Source: a bacterium
Lineage (GTDB): Bacteria > Patescibacteriota > Microgenomatia > Levybacterales > UBA12049
Length of the DNA stretch: 38,925 nucleotides
Direction of reading: 5' to 3'
Assembly (NCBI GenBank): GCA_021824155.1
Contig: JAKALN010000004.1
Coordinates: 1-38,925, forward strand
The position numbers and the translations under genes were made by a program. Under the pieces are notes generated by a model, which was not told where the DNA came from, searched no databases, and worked only from the letters and a program-made list of their open reading frames with translations. Shown piece after piece: positions 9,183 through 19,062 of the stretch; the first letter of the stretch is position 1; every line of letters begins with the position of its first letter.

Positions 9183-11195
9183 ATGAACTTACAAACACCA
9201 ATCAGAGAGGCCTCCAGGCCTTACAAAATGTATGCAGGAAGACTTGAAAAACTTGGGATAACAACTGTAGGAGATTTTTTATACCATATCCCTTTTAGAT
9301 ATGACGACTATTCTTTAATTTCAAAAATAGGCCGGGTTCAGGCAGGGGAAAAAATTACGGTAAGGGGGGAAATTACCGATATAAAAAATGAATATACCAG
9401 AAACCGCAAAAGGCTCCAAAAAGCAAAGATAGCCGATGAAACGGGAGAAATAAACGTTATCTGGTTTAACCAACCCTTTATACTAAACACAATTAAAAAG
9501 GGGGACAATGTTTCCCTGTCGGGAAAAGCGGATTTTTTCGGAAATAAACTTACCCTTACATCCCCCGACTACGAAGTAATATTTGGAAACGAAACAATAC
9601 ATACGGGAAGGCTTGTCCCTGTTTACCCGGAAACAAGAGGCGTGTCTTCAAAATGGCTAAGGCGCCAGGTTTACAAAATATTAAACGAGGAAAAAGAAAA
9701 CTTGAAGGAATTCCTTCCCGAAGAAATCATTAAAAGGGAGGGGCTAATGGATTTTAAGAAAGCCCTGGCAGAGATTCATTTTCCGGACTCAATAGAGCTG
9801 GCTAAACAAGCAAGAGAAAGGCTGGCTTTTGACGAACTGTTTTTGCTTCAGCTCTCTACCCTTGAAAAAAGGAAAAAATGGGAGAGTGTGGGGCCCGGAA
9901 TTAAGTTTCGACTTGAAAAATTTAATAAAAATATACAGGACTTTTTAGATTCCCTTCCGTTTGAGCTCACCAACGCACAGAAAAGAGCTGTAAAAGAAAT
10001 TTTTGCGGATTTGGAGGGAGAAAAACCGATGAATAGATTATTGGAAGGAGAAGTGGGAAGCGGAAAAACGGTTGTATCCGCTATTGCTATGTATCTGGCG
10101 TTTTTAAACGGGTACCAGTCTGTACTTATGGCTCCTACCGAAATACTTGTGCAGCAGCACTACTCAACAATCTCAAACCTGTTATTGCCATTTGGACTCA
10201 AAGTCGGCTTAGTAACGGGCAATATTAAACAAAAAGAAGAGTTCGACATATTGGTCGGAACTCATGCTGTACTTTCGGAAAAAATTAAATTTAATAATCT
10301 TTCCCTGGTAATTATAGACGAACAGCAAAGGTTTGGCGTAGAACAAAGGACAGCTATACGAAACAAAGGAAAAAACCCTCACCTTTTAACTATGACCGCA
10401 ACCCCAATTCCCAGAACCGTTGCCCTTACGATTTACGGCGATTTGGACCTTTCGCTTTTGGATGAAATGCCGGTTGGAAGGAAAAAAGTCAAAACATGGC
10501 TTGTTCCGCCTGAAAAAAGAGACGGAGCATATGCTTGGATAGAAAAAGAAATAAACGAAAATAAAACCCAAGCGTTTATAATCTGCCCTTTTATAGAAGA
10601 GTCGGAAAGCATGGTTACCGTAAAAGCGGCAACCAAAGAATTTGAAAAACTTAAAAGCATTTTTCCAAAACTTAATATCGGAATGCTTCACGGAAAAATG
10701 AAAGCGCCGGAAAAGGACAAAATATTAAACTCTTTTAAAAATAAAAAAATGGATATTTTAGTGGCCACCCCCGTTGTAGAAGTAGGGATAGATATTCCAA
10801 ATGCTACTGTCATAATGATCGAGGCTTCCGACAGATTCGGCCTTGCCCAGCTTCATCAGCTAAGAGGAAGGGTAGGAAGAGGAGAAATGCAGTCTTACTG
10901 TCTCTTATTTACCGAAAGCAAAAACGAAAAGACGTTAATACGCCTAAAATCCATGGAGAATATATTCATCGGGGCAGAGCTTGCCGAACTTGACCTAAGG
11001 CTTAGGGGACCGGGGGAACTTGGCGGGACAATGCAGCATGGGAATGATTTATTAAAAATCGCGGATTTTTCCGACTTTACCTTAATTGAAAAAACTAAAA
11101 AAGAAGCGGAGAAAATATTTTACCGGCTGGATAAATACCCTGTGCTTACCCAAAAAATATCCGGGATAAACGTTAAAGAAGTGTCACCGGACTAA
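9183..11195 (+). CDS. recG: ATP-dependent DNA helicase RecG
   Basis: Wedge domain WFNQPF, RLAFDEL, LPFELTNAQ, GEVGSGKT, DEQQRFGV, MTATPIPRT, RFGLAQLHQLRGRVGRG, DLRLRGPGE. Confidence 0.97.
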   Translation: MNLQTPIREASRPYKMYAGRLEKLGITTVGDFLYHIPFRYDDYSLISKIGRVQAGEKITVRGEITDIKNEYTRNRKRLQKAKIADETGEINVIWFNQPFILNTIKKGDNVSLSGKADFFGNKLTLTSPDYEVIFGNETIHTGRLVPVYPETRGVSSKWLRRQVYKILNEEKENLKEFLPEEIIKREGLMDFKKALAEIHFPDSIELAKQARERLAFDELFLLQLSTLEKRKKWESVGPGIKFRLEKFNKNIQDFLDSLPFELTNAQKRAVKEIFADLEGEKPMNRLLEGEVGSGKTVVSAIAMYLAFLNGYQSVLMAPTEILVQQHYSTISNLLLPFGLKVGLVTGNIKQKEEFDILVGTHAVLSEKIKFNNLSLVIIDEQQRFGVEQRTAIRNKGKNPHLLTMTATPIPRTVALTIYGDLDLSLLDEMPVGRKKVKTWLVPPEKRDGAYAWIEKEINENKTQAFIICPFIEESESMVTVKAATKEFEKLKSIFPKLNIGMLHGKMKAPEKDKILNSFKNKKMDILVATPVVEVGIDIPNATVIMIEASDRFGLAQLHQLRGRVGRGEMQSYCLLFTESKNEKTLIRLKSMENIFIGAELAELDLRLRGPGELGGTMQHGNDLLKIADFSDFTLIEKTKKEAEKIFYRLDKYPVLTQKISGINVKEVSPD

Positions 11196-11201
11196 AAAGT
11201 A

Positions 11202-11230
11202 TTGCAAGCAAAGCCGAAATAAAGTAAAAT
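11202..11230 (+). promoter_or_regulatory. Sigma70-type promoter for leaderless rpmF
   Basis: TTGCAA-17 nt-TAAAAT, then 7 nt to ATG 11238. Confidence 0.75.
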
Positions 11231-11237
11231 AGTAGAC

Positions 11238-11474
11238 ATGCCACAAGAACCAAAGAAAAGACATTCCAGGGCAAGACAAGGAAAAAGAAGGGCTGCAATA
11301 AAACTAACCGTCAGAGAAACGGTATTGTGTTCAAATTGCCAAACTCCTGTTTTGCCTCATACAATTTGCAGAAACTGCGGATTTTATAAAGGGAAAGAGG
11401 TAATCAATATGGCTAAGAAGAAAAAACCGGGTGAAGAAAAATCCGCTTCCGGCGGAACAGAAAACACGGCATGA
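11238..11474 (+). CDS. rpmF: 50S ribosomal protein L32 (Zn-ribbon type)
   Basis: [16 protein letters not shown]...[14 protein letters not shown]. Confidence 0.96.
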   Translation: MPQEPKKRHSRARQGKRRAAIKLTVRETVLCSNCQTPVLPHTICRNCGFYKGKEVINMAKKKKPGEEKSASGGTENTA

Positions 11475-11830
11475 AAAACCCTCTCGACCCGCGACATAAA
11501 AGGAGACAAAAATTAGTTGAGGACCTTTTTAAATTAGAGTTCCACAGGCAGAGAGTGTTGCCGGAAACCAAATTAATTATTTCGAATAAGGAATTAATAG
11601 ATAAAAATATTGAAAAATCTGCTCCCGAATTTCCTATAGACAAAATTAACAGAGTTGATCTTGCAATATTAAGACTGGCGGTATATGAGCTTTTAATAGA
11701 AAAAAAACAGCCGCCGAAAGTAATAGTTGACGAAGCGGTCGAACTGGCAAAAGAATATGGAGGGGATACAAGCCCCTCTTTTATAAATGGTGTTCTGGGT
11801 AACATTATTGTATATGATAAATCTTCCTAA
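11471..11830 (+). CDS. nusB: Transcription antitermination factor NusB (short form)
   Basis: IDK.I...[41 protein letters not shown]....FINGVLG. Confidence 0.94.
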   Translation: MKNPLDPRHKRRQKLVEDLFKLEFHRQRVLPETKLIISNKELIDKNIEKSAPEFPIDKINRVDLAILRLAVYELLIEKKQPPKVIVDEAVELAKEYGGDTSPSFINGVLGNIIVYDKSS

Positions 11831-12500
11831 ATTTAAAAATAAAGAGCTTTTTGAACAATCTTTTATACATAGGTCTTACTTAAACGAGACCAAAAAGAAA
11901 ATTTCATCCAATGAAAGGCTGGAATTCTTGGGAGACAGCGTTATTTCTTTTGTTGTATCCCAATATCTATATTCAAAATACCCTAATTTCAATGAAGGAA
12001 TACTGACTAACCTTAGATCCTTACTGGTAAATACCAAAAGCCTTGCCCAGGCAGCCAAAGATTTGGAGTTTGGAAACTTTCTTAAACTGTCCAAAGGCGA
12101 AGAAGAATCAAGGGGAAGACAAAATCAAAGCCTTTTGGCAGACAGTTTTGAAGCATTTGTCGGTGCTTTGTTTTTAGACAGCGGCATAGATGTAGTTAAG
12201 AAATTTCTCTCCGATGTTCTTCTGCCTAAGGCGGAACTCTACGTTAAAAACAAAACTTTTAAAGACCCTAAAAGTTTACTCCAGGAAAAAATCCAATCCC
12301 AGAAGCAAACTTCACCCGTTTATAAGGTAATAGGCGAACAGGGCCCCGCGCATGCAAAAGTCTTTACGGTAGGAGCTTATGTTAATAATGTTTTAATGGG
12401 GCAGGGAAACGGGAAGTCAAAACAGGAGGCGGAAGAAAGTGCCGCAAAAGAAGCACTAAACAACATTAAAGCAAAAACTCTTGAGAAGCAAACCAAATAA
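11814..12500 (+). CDS. rnc: Ribonuclease III (start probably ATG 11814)
   Basis: [32 protein letters not shown], ds[11 protein letters not shown]...GPAHAK.F...G.GKSKQEAE. Confidence 0.97.
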   Translation: MINLPKFKNKELFEQSFIHRSYLNETKKKISSNERLEFLGDSVISFVVSQYLYSKYPNFNEGILTNLRSLLVNTKSLAQAAKDLEFGNFLKLSKGEEESRGRQNQSLLADSFEAFVGALFLDSGIDVVKKFLSDVLLPKAELYVKNKTFKDPKSLLQEKIQSQKQTSPVYKVIGEQGPAHAKVFTVGAYVNNVLMGQGNGKSKQEAEESAAKEALNNIKAKTLEKQTK

Positions 12501-12572
12501 TGGTAGAATAGTAGGATAGTAAATCGTTCATAGTTATTTACCATGAACTCTGAACAAATAATAAACTAAATA
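12501..12572 (+). promoter_or_regulatory. rpsP promoter followed by a heptamer-periodic hairpin (GTTCAT/ATGAAC-type)
   Basis: TGgTAGAAT at 12501-12509; gtaaatc gttcata gttattt | accatga actctga acaaata ataaact. Confidence 0.55.
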
Positions 12573-12574
12573 AT

Positions 12575-12799
12575 ATGTCAGTAGTAATAAGACTATCAAG
12601 AACAGGAAAAAGAGGCGAAAGAAAATTCCGTATAGTTGTCAAAGAAAAAAGGTCCAAAAGAGACGGAGAGGCAATAGAAACCTTGGGCTTTTTCGAAAAA
12701 GGCAAAAACGGAAAAAAACAAATCAATAAGGAAAGATACAAGTATTGGCTTTCCGTGGGGGCCAAAACAAGTCCTACCGTTTCTAAAATACTGGAGTAA
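12575..12799 (+). CDS. rpsP: 30S ribosomal protein S16
   Basis: VVIRLSR.GK, RIVV...RSKRDG.AIE.LG, YWLSVGA..S.TV. Confidence 0.96.
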   Translation: MSVVIRLSRTGKRGERKFRIVVKEKRSKRDGEAIETLGFFEKGKNGKKQINKERYKYWLSVGAKTSPTVSKILE

Positions 12800-12803
12800 A
12801 AAT

Positions 12804-13046
12804 ATGAAAGACGCCTTATCTTATATAATTACCTCTATTGTCGATGACCCTAAGCAAGTTGAAATTTCCGAGGAAGAAACCGAAGGGGTCATAAACTTTA
12901 CAGTTACCGTTGCAAAAGAAGACATGGGAAAGATAATAGGCAAAAACGGTAAGGTTATTAAAGCTATAAGAAATGTAGTTAAGATCCCCGCGATAAAACA
13001 AGGAAAGAAAATATATATTTCCCTTGCAGAAAACCCGCAGCAGTAA
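12804..13046 (+). CDS. khpA: KH-domain RNA-binding protein KhpA
   Basis: IVDDP..V.I, EDMGKIIGKNGKVIKAIR (GxxG KH motif); follows rpsP. Confidence 0.92.
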   Translation: MKDALSYIITSIVDDPKQVEISEEETEGVINFTVTVAKEDMGKIIGKNGKVIKAIRNVVKIPAIKQGKKIYISLAENPQQ

Positions 13047-13072
13047 GCCTAATCTGTTTTAACCGAAAAAGT

Positions 13073-13762
13073 ATGAAGATTTCCATTCTTACACTTTTCC
13101 CCGAAATGTTTAAGGGCCCATTTGACCACTCCATTATAAATAGGGCAAAAGAAAATAAAATTGCCGAAATAAATTTTATAAATTTTAGGGACTTTGGAAT
13201 AGGCAGGCATAAGCTGGTTGACGACACCCCCTACGGCGGGGGAAAAGGAATGGTACTAAGGGTTGACGTTTTGGAAGAGGCAATTGAAAAAACCAGAGAC
13301 AAAAGACTTAAAAAAAACGGGGAAAAAGTAATACTTCTTGGAGCGCACGGTAAAACATTTAATCAAAAAAAGGCCAGAGAATTTTCAAAATTGAAACACC
13401 TGATAATTATCTGCGGACATTACGAAGGTTTTGACGAAAGGATAAAATCTTTTATAGACGAAGAAGTATCCATCGGCGATTTTATTCTAACCGGAGGAGA
13501 AATACCCGCTATGCTTATAACCGACAGCATCATAAGGCTTATAAAAGGCGCTATAAGCCAAGATTCTGCCAAATTCGAATCTTTCTCCCCATACCTTGAA
13601 TATCCCCAGTACACAAAGCCCCAGGAATATAAAAATTTGAAAGTTCCCGAAATTCTCCTTTCGGGAAACCATAAAAAAATAGACGAGTGGAGAAAAGAAG
13701 AATCATTGAAAATAACTAAAAAATTAAGGCCCGACCTTATTGAAAACCGCCGGAAGCGCTAG
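13073..13762 (+). CDS. trmD: tRNA (guanine37-N1)-methyltransferase
   Basis: ILTLFPEMF, VDDTPYGGG.GMV, CGHYEGFDER, SIGDFILTGGEIPA, LEYPQYT.P, VPEILLSGNH. Confidence 0.98.
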   Translation: MKISILTLFPEMFKGPFDHSIINRAKENKIAEINFINFRDFGIGRHKLVDDTPYGGGKGMVLRVDVLEEAIEKTRDKRLKKNGEKVILLGAHGKTFNQKKAREFSKLKHLIIICGHYEGFDERIKSFIDEEVSIGDFILTGGEIPAMLITDSIIRLIKGAISQDSAKFESFSPYLEYPQYTKPQEYKNLKVPEILLSGNHKKIDEWRKEESLKITKKLRPDLIENRRKR

Positions 13763-14507
13763 AAGTAGCGGCAGGAACCTGCGGCTGCGGAGCCGGAGTG
13801 GAAACCGGAGCTGCGGGAGCTATTGGAGCTTGGGCATTTCCTCCGGCATTATTCCACGAAGAAAGATTTGTAATCGTAGCAAGACCCTGGGGGGAAACTA
13901 TTGTTACGGGAACATTGTCATTAAAACCAAGCGGAGGAAAAGGCCTAAAATAGAAATAGGCCGTAACTTCGGACGTAGCACTGCTTACCCTAACACTTGT
14001 AACCTCCGATAAGGGAGCAGTCTTATAAAGCTCTGTTATAAATCCTGTTACACCGTTAATTCCTCCGTTTATCGTTAAAACAAGCTTAAGATAAGGGAAA
14101 GAAACCGCTCCCGGCTCTTGAGGCTTGGTAATATCTCCTACCTGAAACTGATAATCTCCTAAAGATACTCCGGACCTGTTTGCGGCAATAGAAACGGCAG
14201 TCAGTATCCCTGCAAAATCTTTTCCGGGAGGAAGAGCGGTGGAAACAATCTGAAGCTGTGTATTTAGCTGAGTTTCGTCAAGGTTTGATAATAAATTCAG
14301 GTTATTCCTTAAAATTGCAAGCTTATTTGCTTCAACCTTTGCCTGCTGCTGTGCACTTAGCAAATTTTGGAACTGGGGAATAATCACAAAAATAAATAAG
14401 AAAGCACAAACCGCGATTACTCCGGCCGGCAGCAAATACTGCTTATACTTTACGTATAAGAATTTCATCATTGCCGAATCTATGTTAACTTTTTTATTCG
14501 TGTTCAT
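13737..14507 (-). CDS. pilO: Type IV pilus assembly protein, PilO-like
   Basis: N-terminal TM, coiled coil, ALP motif, ferredoxin-like region, Pro/Ala tail; last gene of pilM-N-O. Confidence 0.75.
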   Translation of the reverse strand: MNTNKKVNIDSAMMKFLYVKYKQYLLPAGVIAVCAFLFIFVIIPQFQNLLSAQQQAKVEANKLAILRNNLNLLSNLDETQLNTQLQIVSTALPPGKDFAGILTAVSIAANRSGVSLGDYQFQVGDITKPQEPGAVSFPYLKLVLTINGGINGVTGFITELYKTAPLSEVTSVRVSSATSEVTAYFYFRPFPPLGFNDNVPVTIVSPQGLATITNLSSWNNAGGNAQAPIAPAAPVSTPAPQPQVPAATSSASGGFQ

Positions 14508-15040
14508 AATAATGTTGCGCTTAATGACAAAGAATAACTGCCGCTTTTTTCGTTAACGGTTAAACTTTCTATAAAAATTTTACTTACTACTTTTTGCTTT
14601 TGCGAAAGGGATATAACGTTATTAAGAAAAGTATCAATCGACTGAAGAGAATTTGAACTAACTATCAAAACCACATTATCTTTATTTATTTCAAGATCCG
14701 TAGTACTTACCCCCGCGGGCATTTGCTGCCTTATTGTAGCAATTGCATTTGTATAATTTTTCCTTTTTTGAAGAATATTTGTAATATCCGTTAATCTATT
14801 GTTAATAATGGCAAGTTCCGCAGATTTTTTATGGAGAAAGGAAATACTGTTAAGCGTTGAATCCTGGTCTTTCTTAATAGAAGAAAGTGAAAGGGAGCTA
14901 TAAAGAATAAAAATAAGAATCGAAGACAACGCAACAACCGTAAGGGAGACTACCGCAGTTACCCTTATCATTTTCAGTCTCTTTTTTTCATTTAAAGACG
15001 TTGATTCCTGACTTGATACAAGATTTATGTCATTATTCAT
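14504..15040 (-). CDS. pilN: Type IV pilus assembly protein, PilN-like
   Basis: INL motif at N-terminus (MNNDINLV), TM, coiled coil, MPAGV; follows pilM. Confidence 0.78.
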   Translation of the reverse strand: MNNDINLVSSQESTSLNEKKRLKMIRVTAVVSLTVVALSSILIFILYSSLSLSSIKKDQDSTLNSISFLHKKSAELAIINNRLTDITNILQKRKNYTNAIATIRQQMPAGVSTTDLEINKDNVVLIVSSNSLQSIDTFLNNVISLSQKQKVVSKIFIESLTVNEKSGSYSLSLSATLL

Positions 15041-16067
15041 AATCTCTCATTGCCAAACCTACCGCTATTGTATAATCGGACGCGTTGTCTAAAACTTCTT
15101 TAGGAATAGTTTGCGAGGCAAGCACTTTCCAGGGGTTTGCAATTGCAGTTTCTATCCCCGCATTATTTGCAAAATAAATATCAATCCCCGGAAGCTTAGC
15201 TGTCCCTCCGGACAAAAGGATCTGCCTGACAGGGCCTTCGTCTTTATATTTTTGTGCATAAAAAGCCAGAGATTTCTTAGCTTCGATTAAAATTGAATTG
15301 AGTATTGGTTCTGTTGCCTGGCCTATTTTCCCTCCTAAGCTTTTTCCCGAAACACCGTAAACCTTTTTATATTCTTCCGCCTGCTGCGGGGTTAGGCCAA
15401 AATCGGTTGCTATTGCCCGGTTTACAGCGGCTCCTCCTACGGACATAGAATATGTAAATACCATTATCCCGTTTCTGACAATCGCAAACGAAGTGCTTAT
15501 TGCACCGATATTTATTATAAGAGTCGGGGGAAAATTTTCACCCAATATTAAAGGCCGGATAGTCGATAATATTTCCGTTTCCATGGAATTAATTGTAAAA
15601 CCGGCCATAGATATTATTTTCTGGTATTTTCTTATAAGCATTGTTGGGGCGCCGACCATTAAAATTTGCATCTTATCCTGCGCGGTAGGATGTTCGGGCC
15701 TTTTTAAAACATTCCAGGTAAGGGTAATATTTGTAAGCGGAACGGGAATGTATTGTTCTGCTTCCCAGTAGATAGCGGAAGCAAGCTCCCTGTCGGACAA
15801 AACAGGCATTTCCAAAACCTTTGTATAGACCTGGTTTTCTGCCAAAGCAACATTAACATACTTGGTATTAATATTTGCATCCGTTACCGCTTTTTTTATA
15901 GACTGGGCCATTTCTTCTTCGTCAAGGGGAGATTCCGACAGCATACCCTTAGGCGGAGCAGGCGCTATAATAGCCGATTTAAAGATATAGCTTCCTTTTT
16001 GCCCCTCCAAAAACACAATTTTTATCGTCGTGGCACCGATATCCAGGCCAAAGGGTTTTTTATTCAT
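15033..16067 (-). CDS. pilM: Type IV pilus assembly protein PilM
   Basis: FGLDIG...IK, WEAEQYIP, INIGA.ST, ILLSGGTAKLPG, YTIAVGLAMR (actin-like fold). Confidence 0.95.
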   Translation of the reverse strand: MNKKPFGLDIGATTIKIVFLEGQKGSYIFKSAIIAPAPPKGMLSESPLDEEEMAQSIKKAVTDANINTKYVNVALAENQVYTKVLEMPVLSDRELASAIYWEAEQYIPVPLTNITLTWNVLKRPEHPTAQDKMQILMVGAPTMLIRKYQKIISMAGFTINSMETEILSTIRPLILGENFPPTLIINIGAISTSFAIVRNGIMVFTYSMSVGGAAVNRAIATDFGLTPQQAEEYKKVYGVSGKSLGGKIGQATEPILNSILIEAKKSLAFYAQKYKDEGPVRQILLSGGTAKLPGIDIYFANNAGIETAIANPWKVLASQTIPKEVLDNASDYTIAVGLAMRDYE

Positions 16068-16073
16068 TTTTAA

Positions 16074-16886
16074 CTAGGGTGAAAAAAGATTGTAAAGAAA
16101 ATATTCGGAGGGCACTTCCGGATATCCCTGGAAGACATTAACCTTACGCGCCGTGGACCCGGCAGTTCCTACAGATGTTATTACCGACCCCTGGGAAGGA
16201 AAAGCGGCAGTTCCTATTAATGCCGCAGGCGTATTTGCATAAACAGGAATTATCCTTGCAATCAATCCGTTGGTTACGGGAATTGTCTGGCTTTGATAAT
16301 AAAATGTCTTTCCCGCCACTGTTGATTGCCCGGGACTAATGTACGTAAAATGATTTCCCGTACTTCTTGTCTGGCAGGGGTCAAACGCGTATCTTTGGAT
16401 AGACGGAGCTGTTCTGGTTCCGGAAATAAGCACAACTTCCAGCGCGGCATTGTTGCAGGCTCCCGAAGCATCTCCCCAATAAACGGTAAAAGTGCCATTC
16501 CACGGATTTTGGTAAAGCGAGGCAGAATCGCTTGAATAGGGAGTAAGCCACAAATCAATTCCGTCATCCTGTGAAATAGGGTTTCCTCCGTTAAGAATAA
16601 ATGTCGTTCCCGAGATTTGGGTTAAAGTGGTAGTAAAACCAGAGTCTTGGGAAAAATTGGAATTTGCAATGGATGCATTGGATTTTATTGCCTGTTCTAC
16701 TCCGGCTTCTGCAGCGGAGAGGGCTTTTTGTGAATTTACCTGGTCTGTGGAATTTTTAAAACTGGTAATACTTCTCGAAGCTATTGATAAACCTACGGTA
16801 AGTGCTATAACCATTACCAAAACTACAATTAGTAAAGATTGACCTTTTTGTGATTTTAGCTTGTTTAAAAAGCTATTTTTTATCAT
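16074..16886 (-). CDS. PilX-like minor pilin
   Basis: KG|QSLLIVVLVM without E5; ALSAAEAGVEQA PilX N-terminal motif. Confidence 0.82.
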   Translation of the reverse strand: MIKNSFLNKLKSQKGQSLLIVVLVMVIALTVGLSIASRSITSFKNSTDQVNSQKALSAAEAGVEQAIKSNASIANSNFSQDSGFTTTLTQISGTTFILNGGNPISQDDGIDLWLTPYSSDSASLYQNPWNGTFTVYWGDASGACNNAALEVVLISGTRTAPSIQRYAFDPCQTRSTGNHFTYISPGQSTVAGKTFYYQSQTIPVTNGLIARIIPVYANTPAALIGTAAFPSQGSVITSVGTAGSTARKVNVFQGYPEVPSEYFLYNLFSP

Positions 16887-16904
16887 ATTTAAGGTATCAA
16901 ATAT

Positions 16905-16933
16905 AGAGTAGCAATCATTTATACCTCTGTCAA
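16905..16933 (-). promoter_or_regulatory. Internal sigma70 promoter for pilX-like-pilM-pilN-pilO
   Basis: TTGACA-17 nt-TACTCT with extended TG on the minus strand. Confidence 0.75.
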
Positions 16934-16973
16934 GCTGTCGGATTATAATTTAGCCGGCGGGCTTAAAATTTTA

Positions 16974-17606
16974 TTAGAATCCGTTGTTTCTTATTGTAAC
17001 CGACGTTGAAAAAGGTATAGTCGCATTTTTTTCGCTGATAAAAGTGCTTGACGAGGATGAAATTTGGGATAAGGTAAAGTTTATGCCTATTGTAGGCGGT
17101 TCGGTAAGGGTGTGACCAGTACAGGTAAAATAACATTTTGTAGGATCAACGGAAACCGTTGAAGTGTCTATCAGGGAAGAAGAATTTGAAGCAATTGTGT
17201 ACGGGTTTCCCGAACATGAAAACACAGTTTGCCCTCCGTCAAATGAAGTTATTTTAACGTAATAAAACTGTTGCGGGGTAGGGGTAGGTAAGGGGGAAGG
17301 AGAACCCGATGGCAGGGGAGTAGGAGCAGGAACACAGACAGTGGTATAAGTAACACCGTCCGTACTTACACCGTTAAAAGCTTGGGCAAAGGTTAACATT
17401 TTTGAAATTTGGATAATCGCGTAGTTTCCATTTTCCCTTACGTTATTCAAAACAGTTGACTTATTCGAACCCCTTAACGAGGACACGATAATCCCCGTAA
17501 CGATCATGCCTACGACGACCATAATAACTATAACCGTTAAAAGCTCTACTAACGTATAGCCTTTTTGCGGATTCTTAATCCTTAATCCTAAATTCTTAAT
17601 TTTCAT
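16974..17606 (-). CDS. Minor prepilin (PilW/GspJ-like)
   Basis: KG|YTLVELLTVIVIM class III signal; VRENGNYA; PTP-rich loop. Confidence 0.87.
   Translation of the reverse strand: MKIKNLGLRIKNPQKGYTLVELLTVIVIMVVVGMIVTGIIVSSLRGSNKSTVLNNVRENGNYAIIQISKMLTFAQAFNGVSTDGVTYTTVCVPAPTPLPSGSPSPLPTPTPQQFYYVKITSFDGGQTVFSCSGNPYTIASNSSSLIDTSTVSVDPTKCYFTCTGHTLTEPPTIGINFTLSQISSSSSTFISEKNATIPFSTSVTIRNNGF
17573..17600 (-). repeat. Heptamer array in a pilin leader peptide
   Basis: Sense strand attaaga atttagg attaagg attaaga, encoding IKNLGLRIK. Confidence 0.8.
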
Positions 17607-18103
17607 TATGGTGTATTAAAAATAGTACCGTTAAGATTTGCAAAACAGGATTTTAAGCCGACATTATGGCAAAATTGGTTATTTTTATCCGTACATTTGC
17701 TGTCCGACCAGGAGACAGTTACGACCGTTAAAGCGCTTCCGCTGCAGGAAGGGGAATTCTGTGTTATATCTACTTCTCTTACAAATATCCCGTAATTTTG
17801 GCCGCAGGAATTAGAAACAGGGTCAACGGTTCTTAAAAGAGTCGTGCCCCCGTCCATACAATACCGCCCTGCAGTATAGGAGGAAAATAAATTCCAGTTG
17901 GATAAACTGGTCTGGCGCATTACCTCCATTGCTTCCTGGGCATACTGGCTGGCAATGTTTTGGTTTTTGGTGTATTGGACGTTGTTTAAGGCGGAAATAA
18001 CAGTTATCGTTATTGCAGATACGACCAAAACGGCCGCACCCAAGGCAACAAGTGCTTCAAGTAAACTTTGTCCCTTTTCTTTATTTTTATCTAATATTTC
18101 CAT
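17606..18103 (-). CDS. Minor prepilin (PilV/GspI-like)
   Basis: KG|QSLLEALVALG; A.QYAQEAME.MR; FVREVDI, VTVSW. Confidence 0.85.
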   Translation of the reverse strand: MEILDKNKEKGQSLLEALVALGAAVLVVSAITITVISALNNVQYTKNQNIASQYAQEAMEVMRQTSLSNWNLFSSYTAGRYCMDGGTTLLRTVDPVSNSCGQNYGIFVREVDITQNSPSCSGSALTVVTVSWSDSKCTDKNNQFCHNVGLKSCFANLNGTIFNTP

Positions 18104-18596
18104 TATTATCTATTGTTATTGTAAGTGTTTTACTATAGCCGGTAAGCACAATTTTTGTGTTTCCGCCCGTAGCTCCGCTTGAGATTACAGGGTAGAAAAT
18201 ACTGCTTGCTGTGGTCTGTGAACTGAAAGTAATATTAGCCGGCAGCGTTGTTGTCTGGATACTGTGGGTGCCAAGACAGATAACGCTTAGAGTATAGGAA
18301 TTATTAAGGGTATTTATATCTACCTGATAGCCGTTTAGCACCTGTCCCGAGCACACGGCAGGCACAACCTGCGAAAGAGCGCGTGACCTTGCCAGCGTTA
18401 TTGTATTTTCCAGATCAGACCCTGCCTGCACCAAAGTTTGATTCCTGCTGTAGCTAACAAACGATGCTATCCCCATTGTCGAAAGGATGGCGATAACCGT
18501 AAAAACTACAATTAATTCCAAAAGAGTGAAGCCATCGGAAGATTTACGTTTTATGATTGATAATTCATGAATTTTATTATGTAGGCAGTCAACCAT
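18087..18596 (-). CDS. Minor prepilin (FimT/GspH-like)
   Basis: G|FTLLELIVV; L...ITLARSRALS; C-terminal TITIDNNGNI. Confidence 0.85.
   Translation of the reverse strand: MVDCLHNKIHELSIIKRKSSDGFTLLELIVVFTVIAILSTMGIASFVSYSRNQTLVQAGSDLENTITLARSRALSQVVPAVCSGQVLNGYQVDINTLNNSYTLSVICLGTHSIQTTTLPANITFSSQTTASSIFYPVISSGATGGNTKIVLTGYSKTLTITIDNNGNIR
18541..18575 (-). repeat. Degenerate heptamer array in a pilin leader peptide
   Basis: Plus strand gatttac gttttat gattgat aattcat gaatttt, same flavour as 3361-3395. Confidence 0.6.
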
Positions 18597-18609
18597 AAAT
18601 ATTATTTTA

Positions 18610-19062
18610 TTAAGGGTTTTTTACCGTGTAAGACCAGTTTGTGGTTCCGGTGCATGGGGCTATGTTTGAAGTATCTTTTTGGTTATCGTTAAGGTTTTCA
18701 AGACAGGCTATTATTGAATAGGTTGTGCCGTCCGAAGAAAATGTGTAACTTCCGCCCAAGGGGTCGCACGGGATTGTCTGCATATACGTTGTGCCGTTTA
18801 AGGCCAAGGATGTCGTATTGCAAGCGGGAAGGGAAGTAGGATAACTTCCCTGGTCGGACCTGTAAAGCTCCATTGCCGACTGAATCTGGCGTAAATCCGA
18901 TTTTCTCTGTGCGTCCCTTGCCCTTTGCCTTACGCCTACAAAATTGACCATAAGAAGCGTAGCCAAAACACCTATAATCGCAATTACAATTAAAAGTTCT
19001 ATTAAAGTAAAACCCTTACCCGAATTTTTAACTTTAAATTTTAAATTTTTAATTTGCTTCAT
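18610..19062 (-). CDS. Prepilin, GspG-like
   Basis: KG|FTLIELLIVIAIIGVLA; RARDAQRKSDLRQIQSAMELY..D.G.YP; IPCDP. Confidence 0.92.
   Translation of the reverse strand: MKQIKNLKFKVKNSGKGFTLIELLIVIAIIGVLATLLMVNFVGVRQRARDAQRKSDLRQIQSAMELYRSDQGSYPTSLPACNTTSLALNGTTYMQTIPCDPLGGSYTFSSDGTTYSIIACLENLNDNQKDTSNIAPCTGTTNWSYTVKNP
19023..19055 (-). repeat. Heptamer array in a pilin leader peptide
   Basis: Sense strand aattaaa aatttaa aatttaa agttaaa aatt, encoding IKNLKFKVKN. Confidence 0.7.

Noticed and set aside
10045-10330. RecG motif variants GEVGSGKT and DEQQ as a sign of inactivation
   Set aside because: The Walker A Lys-Thr, the Walker B DE and the downstream helicase motifs are intact.
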